A stretch of DNA of 64,000 nt from assembly GCA_965219955.1 (NCBI GenBank), contig OZ244799.1, positions 2,528,001 through 2,592,000 of the forward strand, given 5' to 3'. Positions 9,239-21,144 of this stretch are shown here, piece by piece. The notes under the pieces were generated by a model. It worked only from the letters and a program-made list of their open reading frames with translations. It ran no database searches and was not told the origin of the DNA. The DNA is from a bacterium. Its GTDB lineage: Bacteria; UBA8248. The stretch's first letter is position 1. Each line of letters starts with the position of its first letter. Position numbers and translations under genes: made by a program.

Positions 9239-10002
9239 GCGGCGAAAGTTCCATGCCCCTCACCGGGCACCTGACAGAGTTGCGCAACAGAATCCTCTAC
9301 ATCCTCGGCACGATTCTCGTCGTGTTCGTGGGCGCCTATTATTTTTCGGGCGAACTGCTGACCTTCATGCAGCGACCCATCGCCGATCAGAAACTCGTTT
9401 TCCTCTCGCCGACGGAAGCCTTTTTCGCGCACATCAAGGTCTCGTTTTTCTGTTCGGTCTTCATCAGCCTTCCCATCATCCTGTTTCAGATCTGGCGCTT
9501 CTGCGCCCCCGGGCTGCTGGACCGGGAGAAACGCTACGTCGTGCCCTTCGTGTTCTTCTCGACGCTGAGCTTCATCGTAGGCGCCCTTTTCTGCTACTTC
9601 CTGATTCTGCCTTACGGCCTCGCATTTCTGCTGAGCTTCGCCACCGAGTCCCTGACGCCCCAGATCTCGATAGGCTTTTACATCTCCTTCGCCTTCAAGC
9701 TCATCTTCACGTTCGGCCTGGTGTTCGAGGTGCCGATCGTCACCATTCTGCTCGTGCAAATCGGCGTCATCACGCCTGAGTTCCTCTCGAAAAACCGCGG
9801 GTACGTCATCGTCGGCGCATTCGTCATGTCCGCTCTGCTCACGCCGCCCGACGTGGTGACGCAGGTGTTCCTCGCAGGCCCCGTCATCGTGCTGTTCGAG
9901 ATCAGCATCATCGTCTCGAAAATCATCATGAAGCGAAAGAAAAAACGCCGGGAGGCGTGGGAAAAGGAATGGGAAGACGACGAGGACGATGATGCGGACT
10001 AG
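9235..10002 (+). CDS. tatC: Twin-arginine translocase subunit TatC
   Basis: MPLTGHLTELRNR, QIWRFCAPGL, FEVP, LTPPD. Confidence 0.96.
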   Translation: MSGESSMPLTGHLTELRNRILYILGTILVVFVGAYYFSGELLTFMQRPIADQKLVFLSPTEAFFAHIKVSFFCSVFISLPIILFQIWRFCAPGLLDREKRYVVPFVFFSTLSFIVGALFCYFLILPYGLAFLLSFATESLTPQISIGFYISFAFKLIFTFGLVFEVPIVTILLVQIGVITPEFLSKNRGYVIVGAFVMSALLTPPDVVTQVFLAGPVIVLFEISIIVSKIIMKRKKKRREAWEKEWEDDEDDDAD

Positions 10003-10347
10003 GCTCTTTCGAATACCCCACCTTTAGGGGCTGATAAAGCCCCTCTTGTCAGGGGACAAAGGCAACCCCCCCTACCCCCCCTTGTCAGGGGGGTATAAAA
10101 AGGCGATTCGCCCCCGCCGGGCTGAGGGGGTTTTGCTTTTTCTTGCCCCCCTGACAAGGGGGGGTAGGGGGGGTTGCCTTTCAACAAATGAGGGGGCAAT
10201 CGAACCGACCGGGGAGGCACCGCCCCGTAGGGACAGGCCTCCGTGCCTGTCCTGACGAGGGATGACCACGAAGAGCAGGACAGGCACGGAGGCCTGTCCC
10301 TACGGCGAACAATCTCGATGGTCGGACAGGACTTTTTCAACAACCCC
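10001..10347. repeat. Composite MITE/REP element: CCCCCCT..AGGGGGG palindromic pair plus GTAG-type REP doublet, ending in TTTTTCAACAACCCC
   Basis: cccccctacccccccttgtcagggggg / cccccctgacaagggggggtagggggg inverted pair (~10066-10173); GTAG REP pair 10227-10303; right end 10333-10347 identical to 24513-24527. Confidence 0.75.
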
Positions 10348-10477
10348 CTTTAGACGCGAAAGAAAAAGGAGGCCCTCTTGAATTCCCCGGACCCCCGCGC
10401 CGAGTTGTTCCCCGCCAACGGAATCATCCGCGCGAGGCCCGTTGCCCGCGCGCAAGCCGGGTGATCACAGATTCGCC

Positions 10478-10759
10478 ATGAAAGAGGAGACGCGGCGGAT
10501 TCGCCTCATCATCCGGGGCCGTGTTCAGGGCGTATGGTACCGGGGCAGCGCGCAGGAGGTCGCCCGCGAACTCGGTCTCACCGGATGGGCGAGAAACCTG
10601 GGCGACGGAAGCGTGGAACTGGTCGCCGAAGGCGAGGGTCCCGCGCTCGAAGCCCTCAAGGTTTGGTGCCGGGAGGGGCCGCCACTGGCGAGAGTCCATG
10701 AGGTTTTCGAGGAGCAGATGACGCCTTGCGGGGAGCCTGCATCGTTCGAGGTGCGCTAA
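10478..10759 (+). CDS. acyP: Acylphosphatase
   Basis: IRGRVQGVWYR, GWARNLGDGSVE, GPPLARV. Confidence 0.93.
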   Translation: MKEETRRIRLIIRGRVQGVWYRGSAQEVARELGLTGWARNLGDGSVELVAEGEGPALEALKVWCREGPPLARVHEVFEEQMTPCGEPASFEVR

Positions 10760-10762
10760 ACG

Positions 10763-11662
10763 CTAGATGCCCGCAAACCCCGTCCAGAAGATGAGATAGG
10801 AAGAAATGGCGTTCAGATAGTTCGAGATCAGCAGAACGCCCACGAGAAGAAGCATCGCGCTGCTCGCGATTTCGACTCCACGGAAATAGCGCCGGAACGA
10901 TTGATAGAACCGGAAGAAATAACCCACGCCCAGGCCACTCAACAGGAACGGAATACCCAGCCCCGCAGAATAGCTCGCCAGCAGAACGACGCCCTCGCCC
11001 GCCGTTTGCTGCGTGCCTGCGAACAGCAGGATGCTGCCCAGAATCGGGCCGACGCAGGGCGTCCAGCCGGCGGCGAAGGTGATCCCGACCAGCATGCTGC
11101 CGAGCCAGCCGGCGGGCTTGCTTTTCAGCATGAAGCGGTTCTCCGAGGAGAGTACAGGCAGAAAAACGGCCAGGAACACATAAAGGGCTGCGGCCGTGAG
11201 CACGCCACCGAGCGTGGGGTAGCCTTTTTGCAGACCCACCAGCCCCGCCAGGAATACCAGGGCGGCGAAAGCGCCGCTCGCGCCGATCGGTTTTTCGGAG
11301 AAAAACATCTGGAGCCTGAAATCAATGGCCCTGTCGCCGACATAGAGCCCGAACATGGTGATCAGGATGCCGCCGAGCAGCCTGACGTGATCCTGGTACT
11401 GAAAGAGCAGATTTCCCGCATAGGACACGCTGGCGCCCAGGATGACGAAGACGAGAGAAAACCCCGCCACGAAGAACAGGGAATTTATCAGGATGACGCT
11501 TCTTACGCGGGCGGCCTCGCCGCTCTCTCTGATTTCCTCGTAGGACAAGCCCGTCAGATAGGAAAGATAGCTGGGAACCAGCGGCAGGATGCACGGGGAG
11601 GCGAAACTGAGCACCCCCGCCGCGAAAGCCAGGCTCAAGGAGACGTTTTCCGGGGCCATCAT
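10763..11662 (-). CDS. ccdA: Cytochrome c biogenesis / thiol-disulfide transporter CcdA
   Basis: AGVLSFASPCILPLVP and GWTPCVGPILGSIL motifs; longer than usual. Confidence 0.9.
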   Translation of the reverse strand: MMAPENVSLSLAFAAGVLSFASPCILPLVPSYLSYLTGLSYEEIRESGEAARVRSVILINSLFFVAGFSLVFVILGASVSYAGNLLFQYQDHVRLLGGILITMFGLYVGDRAIDFRLQMFFSEKPIGASGAFAALVFLAGLVGLQKGYPTLGGVLTAAALYVFLAVFLPVLSSENRFMLKSKPAGWLGSMLVGITFAAGWTPCVGPILGSILLFAGTQQTAGEGVVLLASYSAGLGIPFLLSGLGVGYFFRFYQSFRRYFRGVEIASSAMLLLVGVLLISNYLNAISSYLIFWTGFAGI

Positions 11663-11787
11663 TTTCCCCTATCAAAATCCCGGCGGCTACGCGTGCGATT
11701 CGGTCGGTTACTCCGAATCCCGACAAATCATACTAGCACAGGAAAGCAGAACCCGGACCGAAGTTGTCGGGATTCAGACAATCCGGA

Positions 11788-14392
<2,605 letters not shown>

Positions 14393-14396
<4 letters not shown>

Positions 14397-15997
14397 GAAA
14401 AGCCCAACCTGACGAGGCAGGCGTCATAGACGTGGGGAATGGCGCGAACCTCTTCCATGACGGGCTCGGGCACCGGGTCGTCGAGTATCAGGACGGCGAC
14501 GGCCATATCATGCTGCCACACTCTCCCCAACTGCATGCCGGCGATATTGATGTTGTGGTTCCCCAGCAGGGTGCCCATCTTGCCGATCATGCCGGGCCGG
14601 TCTTCATTCCGGAACACGAGGAGATAGCCCCTGAGCGCCACGTCGACCGAATAGTCGTCGATGCGAACGATTCTGGGATCGTTCTTGCGGAGAAAAGTCC
14701 CCGCCACGGAGCGCTCGCCCGAATCGGTCTTCACGCGAAGCTCGATCAGGTCCGTATAGAGGAGATTCTCCGTCTGAGTCGTCGTCCTCACATCGATTCC
14801 GCGCTCTTTCGCGAGCAGGAGGCCGTTCACCATGTTCACGCGGACGCTCGACAGGAACCGGCCCAGCATCCCCTTGATGGCGGCGGCGGCCAGCGCCTTC
14901 ATGGGTATGTCGATCGAGCCGCCATAGACGACCTCGAGCGTCTGCAATCCCCCGCCGGCGAGCTGGGCCAGAAAATCACCGAGTCGATCGGCCAGATCCA
15001 GGTGGGGGCCGATTTGCTCGAGCATCTCGGGGCTCAGGGAGGGCAGGTTCACGGCGTGTCCCACCACGCCTTCGGTCAGATACGCCACGACCTGTTTCGC
15101 CACGCTGACAGCCACGTTCTCCTGCGCCTCTGCGGTCGAAGCGCCGAGGTGCGGCGTGCAGACGACGTCGTCGCGTCCGATGAGCGGATCGTTCGGGTCG
15201 GGAGGCTCCTGTTCGTATACGTCCACCGCCACGCCTCCGACCTTTCCGCTGTCGAGCGCCTCGGCCAGCGCCTCCCCGTTTATCAGCCCCCCCCGCGCGC
15301 AGTTGATGATGCGGACTCCATCGCGCATCATGGCGATTTCCTCAGGCCCGATGAGGTTCCCCGTCTCGGTGTTCTTCGGCACGTGCAGGGTGATGTAGTC
15401 GGACTTGGCCAACAGTTCCTCGAAATCCACCGGACTCACCCCGCGCTGGGAGAGCACCTCGGCGGAGATGTAGGGGTCGTAGGCGAGTACGTTCATGCCC
15501 AGGCTGCGGGCGAACGTCGCCGCCTGCGATCCCACGCGCCCCATCCCCACCACGCCCAGGGTCTTGGAGGAAAGCTCGCTGCCCACGAAGCGGCTGCGCT
15601 CCCATTTCCCGCCCTTGAGGGAGGAGACGGCCGATGGAATCTTGCGCGCCAGCGAGAACATCATGGCGATGGTGTGCTCCGCCGTGGTGATGACGTTGCC
15701 GTCGGGCGCGTTCACCACCAGGATGCCGCGCATGCTGGCGGCTTCCAGGTCCACGTTGTCCACCCCGATGCCTGCGCGCGCGACCACCTTGAGCGTCTCG
15801 CCTGTACCCAGAAGCTCTTCATCGACCCGCGTGCCGCTCCTCACGATGAGCGCGTCCGCGGTTTTTACGGCTTCTAGTATTTCTTCCCGCGAGGCGGAGG
15901 TTCGGTCGAGGACTTCGAAGCCCTGCTGGTCTTTTAGTATCTCGTGCGCCCTCGGCGAGAGCGGCTCAGAAATCAGTACGCGTAACGTCTGGCTCAT
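14393..15997 (-). CDS. serA: D-3-phosphoglycerate dehydrogenase with ASB and ACT domains
   Basis: RAGIGVDNVD, GMGRVG, INCARGG, TPHLGAST, C-terminal NEDRPGMIG ACT domain. Confidence 0.96.
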
Positions 15998-17133
15998 TTG
16001 TCGAATACCTCCTGCGCCGCTGCGAGACCGCATCCTCTTTGGAGTGAATAGCCCAGATCGGCGAGGGTCGATTCCAGCGCGCCGACCGCCGCCAGCACGT
16101 CGGAGGAATCCACGTATCCCAAGTGCCCGATCCGGAAAATCCTGCCGCTCAAGGCGTCCTGGCCACCGGCGATGGTCACCCCGTGCGCGTCCTGCATCCT
16201 CAGGGGGATCGCCTTCCCGTCCACTCCCTCGGGCACGCAGACGGCGGTAACGGCCTCGCTCCTCGAGTCGCGGGGGAATATGTCAAGGCCCAGAGCCTCG
16301 ACGGCCGCCCCCGTCGCACGCGCAAGCCTCGCATGCCGCGCGAAGACGTTCTCCAGCCCCTCCTCGCGCATCATGTCGAGCGCGACAGCCAATCCCGCCA
16401 ACAGGGAAATCGCCGGTGTCCAGGCGGTGGTGTTCTTCATCTGGCTTTTCCGTTCGATCTCGAGGTCGAAGTAATATCGCGGCGAGGTCGATTCCGACGC
16501 GGCGCGCCAGGCCCGCTCGCTCAGCCAGACGAAAGCCAGCCCCGGCGGGAGCATGAGCGCCTTCTGGCTCCCCGTGATTACCACGTCGAGGTCCCATTCC
16601 TCGGTCTTGAGCTCGTACACGCCCAGGGCCGTGATGGCGTCCACCACCACGAGCGTATCGGGCGATCGCTCGCGGACGACCCTCGCGACGGCCCGCACGT
16701 CGTGCTTGGCGCCGGTGGAGGTTTCGCTCGCCTGCATCAGCAGGGCCTTGTGCCCTCCCCTTGCAAGGCGCGCTTCCAGGGCGCTCAAGTCGACCGAGCG
16801 GCCCCATTCCACCTCCAGGACGTCCGCCTCGACCCCGTATGCCGCGCAAAGCTCCGTCCAGCGTTCGCCGAACTTGCCGCCCTCGACGACGAGCGCGGTA
16901 TCGCCCGGAGAGAGCAGGTTCGCCACCGCCGCCTCCATGCCGCCCGTACCCGAAGCGGCGAGGGTGATGACGTCTCCGCTCGTCCGGAAGAGCCATTCCA
17001 GATCGCGCCGCGCTCCTTCGAAGTGCGCTTCGAACTCCCGCGTACGGTGGTGGATCAGGGGCCGCGCCATGGCTTCGAGCACCCGGTGGGGAACCGGCGT
17101 GGGACCGGGGGCCATGAGGTGATGCTTGTTCAT
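15994..17133 (-). CDS. Class V PLP aminotransferase (serine-pyruvate/alanine-glyoxylate family; probable phosphoserine aminotransferase role)
   Basis: PGPTPVP, SGTGGME, ETSTG, GSQKALMLPPG; coupled to serA. Confidence 0.9.
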   Translation of the reverse strand: MNKHHLMAPGPTPVPHRVLEAMARPLIHHRTREFEAHFEGARRDLEWLFRTSGDVITLAASGTGGMEAAVANLLSPGDTALVVEGGKFGERWTELCAAYGVEADVLEVEWGRSVDLSALEARLARGGHKALLMQASETSTGAKHDVRAVARVVRERSPDTLVVVDAITALGVYELKTEEWDLDVVITGSQKALMLPPGLAFVWLSERAWRAASESTSPRYYFDLEIERKSQMKNTTAWTPAISLLAGLAVALDMMREEGLENVFARHARLARATGAAVEALGLDIFPRDSRSEAVTAVCVPEGVDGKAIPLRMQDAHGVTIAGGQDALSGRIFRIGHLGYVDSSDVLAAVGALESTLADLGYSLQRGCGLAAAQEVFDK

Positions 17134-17358
17134 TTTTCGCTCTTTCCCTGAAGTGAGTCGTTGCGGACGAACACGTGCCCATACGCCTCAAAGGATATAC
17201 CACTCCCCGCCGAACCCCTCAAGCGATATCGTCTGAAAAGCGGGCGGAGGTATGCAAATATGCGTCCCCGCACGGAGAGGGCGAACGCCGCCGTGCTTCC
17301 TTGCGCGCGCGGGGCGCCCCAGTCTATAATGACTCGCTCTATACCGGAGGAACGGCGG

Positions 17359-17703
17359 ATGCCCGCATTCGACACGCTCAAGGCGACGAAACTGCTCAAG
17401 GCGTCGGGGTTCGAGGAGACCCAGGCGGAAGCCGTCGTGGCCACGGTGAGAGACGCCGTCTCGGACAACGTGGCCACAAAGGCCGACATGGGCGAACTGC
17501 GCGCTGAAATGGGCGCGTTGCGCGCCGAACTCAAGGCCGACATGGGCGAACTGCGCGCCGAATTCAAGGCCGACATGGGCGAACTGCGCGCCGAACTCAA
17601 GGCCGACATCGCCGAGTTGCGCGCGAGCATGTACCGCATGGTGTTGACCACCTCCCTGGCGGTCATCGGGGCGACCGTCTCCCTCGTCAAGCTGCTCCCA
17701 TAA
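17359..17703 (+). CDS. DUF1640/CCDC90-like small coiled-coil membrane-anchored protein
   Basis: FDTLKATKLLKASGFEETQAEAVV...ATKAD, (KAD)MGELRAE repeats and a C-terminal hydrophobic helix; RBS ggagg. Confidence 0.8.
   Translation: MPAFDTLKATKLLKASGFEETQAEAVVATVRDAVSDNVATKADMGELRAEMGALRAELKADMGELRAEFKADMGELRAELKADIAELRASMYRMVLTTSLAVIGATVSLVKLLP
17479..17622 (+). repeat. Intragenic 33-bp tandem repeat encoding KADMGELRAE(L/F)
   Basis: aaggccgacatgggcgaactgcgcgc occurs three times, plus degenerate units. Confidence 0.85.
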
Positions 17704-17727
17704 ACAAACGGGGCGATACCTCCGTTA

Positions 17728-17756
17728 TTGACGCTCCATACTTGCACATGTAGATT
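17728..17756 (+). promoter_or_regulatory. Sigma70-like promoter with no downstream CDS
   Basis: TTGACG-17 bp-TAGATT. Confidence 0.45.
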
Positions 17757-17797
17757 TTTCGTCGTTATCCGCTACGCCCGTAGGCGGGCATGTATTT

Positions 17798-17837
17798 CAA
17801 GGCCCTTCACGGATCACCCGTGGGGGGCCTTTTCATT
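17798..17837 (+). terminator. Intrinsic terminator hairpin
   Basis: aaggcccttcacgg-atcac-ccgtggggggcctt-ttcatt. Confidence 0.65.
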
Positions 17838-17853
17838 CCGGGCATGAGCCCAC

Positions 17854-17952
17854 AGGGACGACCCTTATGGGTCGTCCTGCCCTCCGTGGTTGTCCTTCGT
17901 CTTCATCGGAACGAAGGCCTCCAACAGGACAGGCACGGAGGCCTGTCCCTAC
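17854..17952. repeat. Degenerate GTAG-type REP doublet
   Basis: ggacaggcacggaggcctgtccctac right arm and ccgtggttgtccttcgtc spacer, as in the other copies. Confidence 0.7.
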
Positions 17953-18017
17953 GGGCCGGAGGACGGACAACGCGAGGAGGGCCTGTCCCCGCGTTTCGTT
18001 GCATTCTCTCCACGCAC

Positions 18018-18047
18018 AAAAAAACCGGGGGGCCGAAGCCCCCCGGT
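18018..18047 (-). terminator. Intrinsic terminator of porin-like gene A
   Basis: accggggggc-cgaa-gccccccggt with an A7 tract; exact inverted copy at 24199-24228. Confidence 0.9.
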
Positions 18048-18088
18048 CGTCGTCGCGTCAGTTGAGGACGCGAGCGTCCTTCATGTTG

Positions 18089-19318
18089 CTAGAAGATGTG
18101 GCGCAGCGTCCAGCCGACCGCCCAGCCGTCGTCGATCTCACCCTCGTCCACGCCTCTGCCGTAGTCGCCGCGCAGAATAACGGCGCCCACACCGCGAAGC
18201 TCGAGGTTCGAGTGGATCTTCCACTTGAAAGCGGCGTTGAGCTCAGTGCCGAATTCCTTCGCGTCCATCGTGTCCGCCGCGAGGGAAGGTTCGGCTGAAT
18301 TGTAGAGGGATACGCCGCCAGCCAGCGTCAGGGTCTTGCTGACCTTGAAGTCGGCCAGTCCCTCGATCACCGTCGCGCCGTTCAAAGCGCCCAGGTGCAC
18401 GCTTCTGATGCCGTTGCCCAGAGTCGTCCAGCGGCGCGAAGTCATGATGTGGCCGCCGAAGAACCAACCGGAACCGCCTTCCTGAGGCGTCCTGAAGCGG
18501 CCGTCTTCGCCTGCCTTCGTGCCGTCGTTGCCGGAGAGCATCGTGAGGTTGCCGCTGAGCTTCAGTTTGCCCAGGCTCGTGGAAGTCCTCACCAGAACGG
18601 CCCAACCCGAGAGCTCATCGCCGCTCGAGAGGTCACCTTCCTGGATGACGATGGAACCGTTCACGTTGAGGATGCCAACCTTGGTCTTGGCGTGGAGGCC
18701 CAAGAAGCTGTAGTCATAGCCGCCTTCCGCCGCGTCTCTCGAATTGGCCGCCCACGGCGTAACCGTGAGAGTCGGATTCACCTTGATGCCCACGCCGACG
18801 TAGTAGTCCGTCTTGTCATTGTTGTCGGGGCCGGTATCTTCGTTCGCCTTGGTCATGAACGCGCTGAGCGAGAGATTCTTGCTGAGCTTGCCGTAGATCG
18901 CAATGCCCGGCTCACGATGACGGCCGCCGCTGTCGTAGATTTCCTTGTCCGGCGAGAAGTAGTCCGTCCGACCCATGCGCATGCGAAGCGCGCTGCCCGG
19001 AACGGCGAAGTCGATCACCCAGCGGTTGACGCCGACCGTCTGCCGGCCGGGACCGATGGCGAAGCCGCCGTTCGCGCTTACGAACTCGGGTTCCCACACG
19101 GCCGTTACGGCGCCGCTTTTCGCCGTGAAGCGCGGGCGAATGAGCGCGTCCAGGTAATTTCTCTTGTCGTCTGCGTCATCGTCGCCGTCCGCATTGACGT
19201 TTTCGCTGGATCCACGCACCCGGAAGAAGCCGCTGAACTTGAGGTCGGCCGCGTACGAGGGCGCTACAAACGTCGCCAGGAGCGCCAGCGCAAATAGTGC
19301 TAACAGAAGTTTCCTCAT
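18089..19318 (-). CDS. Outer-membrane beta-barrel (porin-like) protein A
   Basis: Signal peptide (MRKLLLALFALALLATFVAPSYA), alternating beta-strand pattern, C-terminal Phe (WTLRHIF), strong RBS gaggag. Confidence 0.8.
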   Translation of the reverse strand: MRKLLLALFALALLATFVAPSYAADLKFSGFFRVRGSSENVNADGDDDADDKRNYLDALIRPRFTAKSGAVTAVWEPEFVSANGGFAIGPGRQTVGVNRWVIDFAVPGSALRMRMGRTDYFSPDKEIYDSGGRHREPGIAIYGKLSKNLSLSAFMTKANEDTGPDNNDKTDYYVGVGIKVNPTLTVTPWAANSRDAAEGGYDYSFLGLHAKTKVGILNVNGSIVIQEGDLSSGDELSGWAVLVRTSTSLGKLKLSGNLTMLSGNDGTKAGEDGRFRTPQEGGSGWFFGGHIMTSRRWTTLGNGIRSVHLGALNGATVIEGLADFKVSKTLTLAGGVSLYNSAEPSLAADTMDAKEFGTELNAAFKWKIHSNLELRGVGAVILRGDYGRGVDEGEIDDGWAVGWTLRHIF

Positions 19319-19405
19319 GTGTATTTCTCCTCATCGAGGTTTCACAAAAAAATGTTGCCGTCTTCCTTCACATGTTCTATGTCGATGTTCTATGTCTTGG
19401 ATTTG

Positions 19406-19462
19406 TCAATTGTTTCTGCATCCGTGCTTCGTCGTCTGCAACAGGGCTTCTCGCTCTCGCAT
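19406..19462 (-). CDS. Putative 18-aa leader peptide MREREALLQTTKHGCRNN upstream of porin A
   Basis: GAGGAGAGGGGGTG immediately before ATG; conserved homolog at 22747-22806. Confidence 0.45.
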   Translation of the reverse strand: MREREALLQTTKHGCRNN

Positions 19463-19580
19463 CACCCCCTCTCCTCAATGCTGCCCCGCACGTCGACAAG
19501 GTCCTATCGAGCGAACCGATATTTGTCGCTTGAATACTTTCCCATTGAAGAAAACCGTCATTTCATTCCCCATTTCCCAA

Positions 19581-19609
19581 AGAATAGAAAAGATGATCCT
19601 CTTTGTCAA
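19581..19609 (-). promoter_or_regulatory. Sigma70 promoter for porin A
   Basis: TTGACA-17 bp-TATTCT on the minus strand, located where homology between the two porin leaders ends. Confidence 0.7.
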
Positions 19610-19897
19610 CAAACAATCCCAAGGGAAATCCAAAAAAATCATTTCCTCAGAATTCGAATCTTCCCCTATCCTCCGGAGTGGGGCTAAAGGTTTAACAATC
19701 CTGAAATCAAGCCTTTACGAAAAATTTCGTGTCATAAAAAAACGACGTAAAATCTATCGCCCTGCCCAGGCCTTTGCATCCCGAGAAAAAATTTTTCGCT
19801 CACCGGGCGAAAAGGCGTCCAAAATAGGCCTTACGCCCCCTGAAAATCCGACCTGTATCCGTTCATCCGGCCTGCGATTCGGGCCGTCCGAGAAATC

Positions 19898-19955
19898 TTA
19901 TTCCCTGATCGTAGAAAAAAGAAGTGGCTTTTCCCGGCGGAGAACGGGCCGGAAT
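19898..19955 (-). other. Degenerate copy of the 3' end of the 24924-26852 gene (att-like remnant)
   Basis: ...gggaaaagccacttcttttttctac--gatcagggaataa versus ...gcgaagagccagcttttcttctacaagatcagggaatag, same strand, starting 17 bp after the recombinase stop. Confidence 0.6.
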
Positions 19956-19971
19956 CCTGCAGCCGACTTTC

Positions 19972-21144
19972 TCAGAATATATCTTCCGCGATACTCCCCG
20001 CAACCCGCTCCGCCGCCTCGTGCGCGGAATTGCGCGCCAGGTGCGCGTAACGCGCCGTGGTCTGCACGTGGGCGTGGCCAAGGAGCTTCGCGATGACGGG
20101 GAGCCCTTCTCCCAGCGCGAGCGCTCTCGAAGCGTAGGAATGGCGAAGGTCGTGGAGCCGCACGTCATCGAGACCCGCCCGCGCGCGGACGGGCCGCCAG
20201 ACGTGATCGAGGCTGCTCAGGCGCGCGCCCGGCTTCCTGCCGGAAATGACCCAGGGATTCCCCTCAACCCGGGGGAGGGCCGCCAGGAGCGCGACCGCCT
20301 GCGGCGGAAGCGGGACGACCCGCGCGCCCGTCTTGGAATCCGGCAGCCTCAGCTCACCCTCGTCCAGCGCCACGTCCTCCCAGCGGAGGGTGAGTATTTC
20401 GGACTTACGGCACCCGGTCAGCATCAGCAGGCGTATGGCGGCCAGGGCGGACGCAGGCGCCCCGCCCCGGTTCTCCATTTCTTCCAGAACGGATCCCAGG
20501 CGCGTAAACTCCTCATCCGTCAGGAACCGCTCCCTCTTGCGTTCGGGGTATTTCACGATCAGGCGGCAGGGGTTGCACCCCTCGGGCGCCAGGCCCCAGC
20601 TCTCGGCCAGCCTGTACATCGCATAGAGGATCCGGACGACCATGTTCGCAACAGCAGGCGTCTCGCAAAGGCCCTGGTGCAGTTCCGCCACCTGCGCCCG
20701 CTCCACCGCCATGATCGGCAGTTCGCCCAAAGCGGGCACGATGTGCTTCCGCACCACCGCCCTGGTCTTCGCGACGGTGCTCGGCTTACAGCGCACCGAG
20801 ACGTATTCGGTGAGATACCGCTCGGCGAGCGCCGCCACCCTGGGCCCGCCCGCGGGCTTCAGCCGCTTCGGGATTGCCTCCTCGCCCGCCTTGATACGGG
20901 CGATGATGAGCGCCGCCCTTTGGCGCGCCTGCTCGGCGCCGATCACGCCGTGGCGGCCCACCGCCACCCGCCTGGGCCCTCCCGGCCCCCGCGCCTGGGC
21001 GACGTAGACTTTTGAGCCGGTGGGATAGACCCTGACGCCGAAGCCTGTGAGATCCCGGTCCCAGAACACCGTATCCTTTTGAACCACAAGCTTCCCGACC
21101 GCCCGGTTCGAGAGCGTTTTCATAACGGGCTTCGCCGTTTTCAC
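19972..21144 (-). CDS. Tyrosine recombinase/integrase B1 (N-terminal arm-type DNA-binding domain)
   Basis: FWDRDLTGFGVRV arm domain; TGCRKSE, DSKTG, HDLRH, LLGH, TTARY catalytic set. GTG start overlaps the stop of A1 (GTGA). Confidence 0.93.
   Translation of the reverse strand: MKTAKPVMKTLSNRAVGKLVVQKDTVFWDRDLTGFGVRVYPTGSKVYVAQARGPGGPRRVAVGRHGVIGAEQARQRAALIIARIKAGEEAIPKRLKPAGGPRVAALAERYLTEYVSVRCKPSTVAKTRAVVRKHIVPALGELPIMAVERAQVAELHQGLCETPAVANMVVRILYAMYRLAESWGLAPEGCNPCRLIVKYPERKRERFLTDEEFTRLGSVLEEMENRGGAPASALAAIRLLMLTGCRKSEILTLRWEDVALDEGELRLPDSKTGARVVPLPPQAVALLAALPRVEGNPWVISGRKPGARLSSLDHVWRPVRARAGLDDVRLHDLRHSYASRALALGEGLPVIAKLLGHAHVQTTARYAHLARNSAHEAAERVAGSIAEDIF

Noticed and set aside
19164-20096. 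310-aa plus-strand ORF across the porin A leader
   Set aside because: Overlaps two minus-strand genes and a promoter; no RBS or domain signal.
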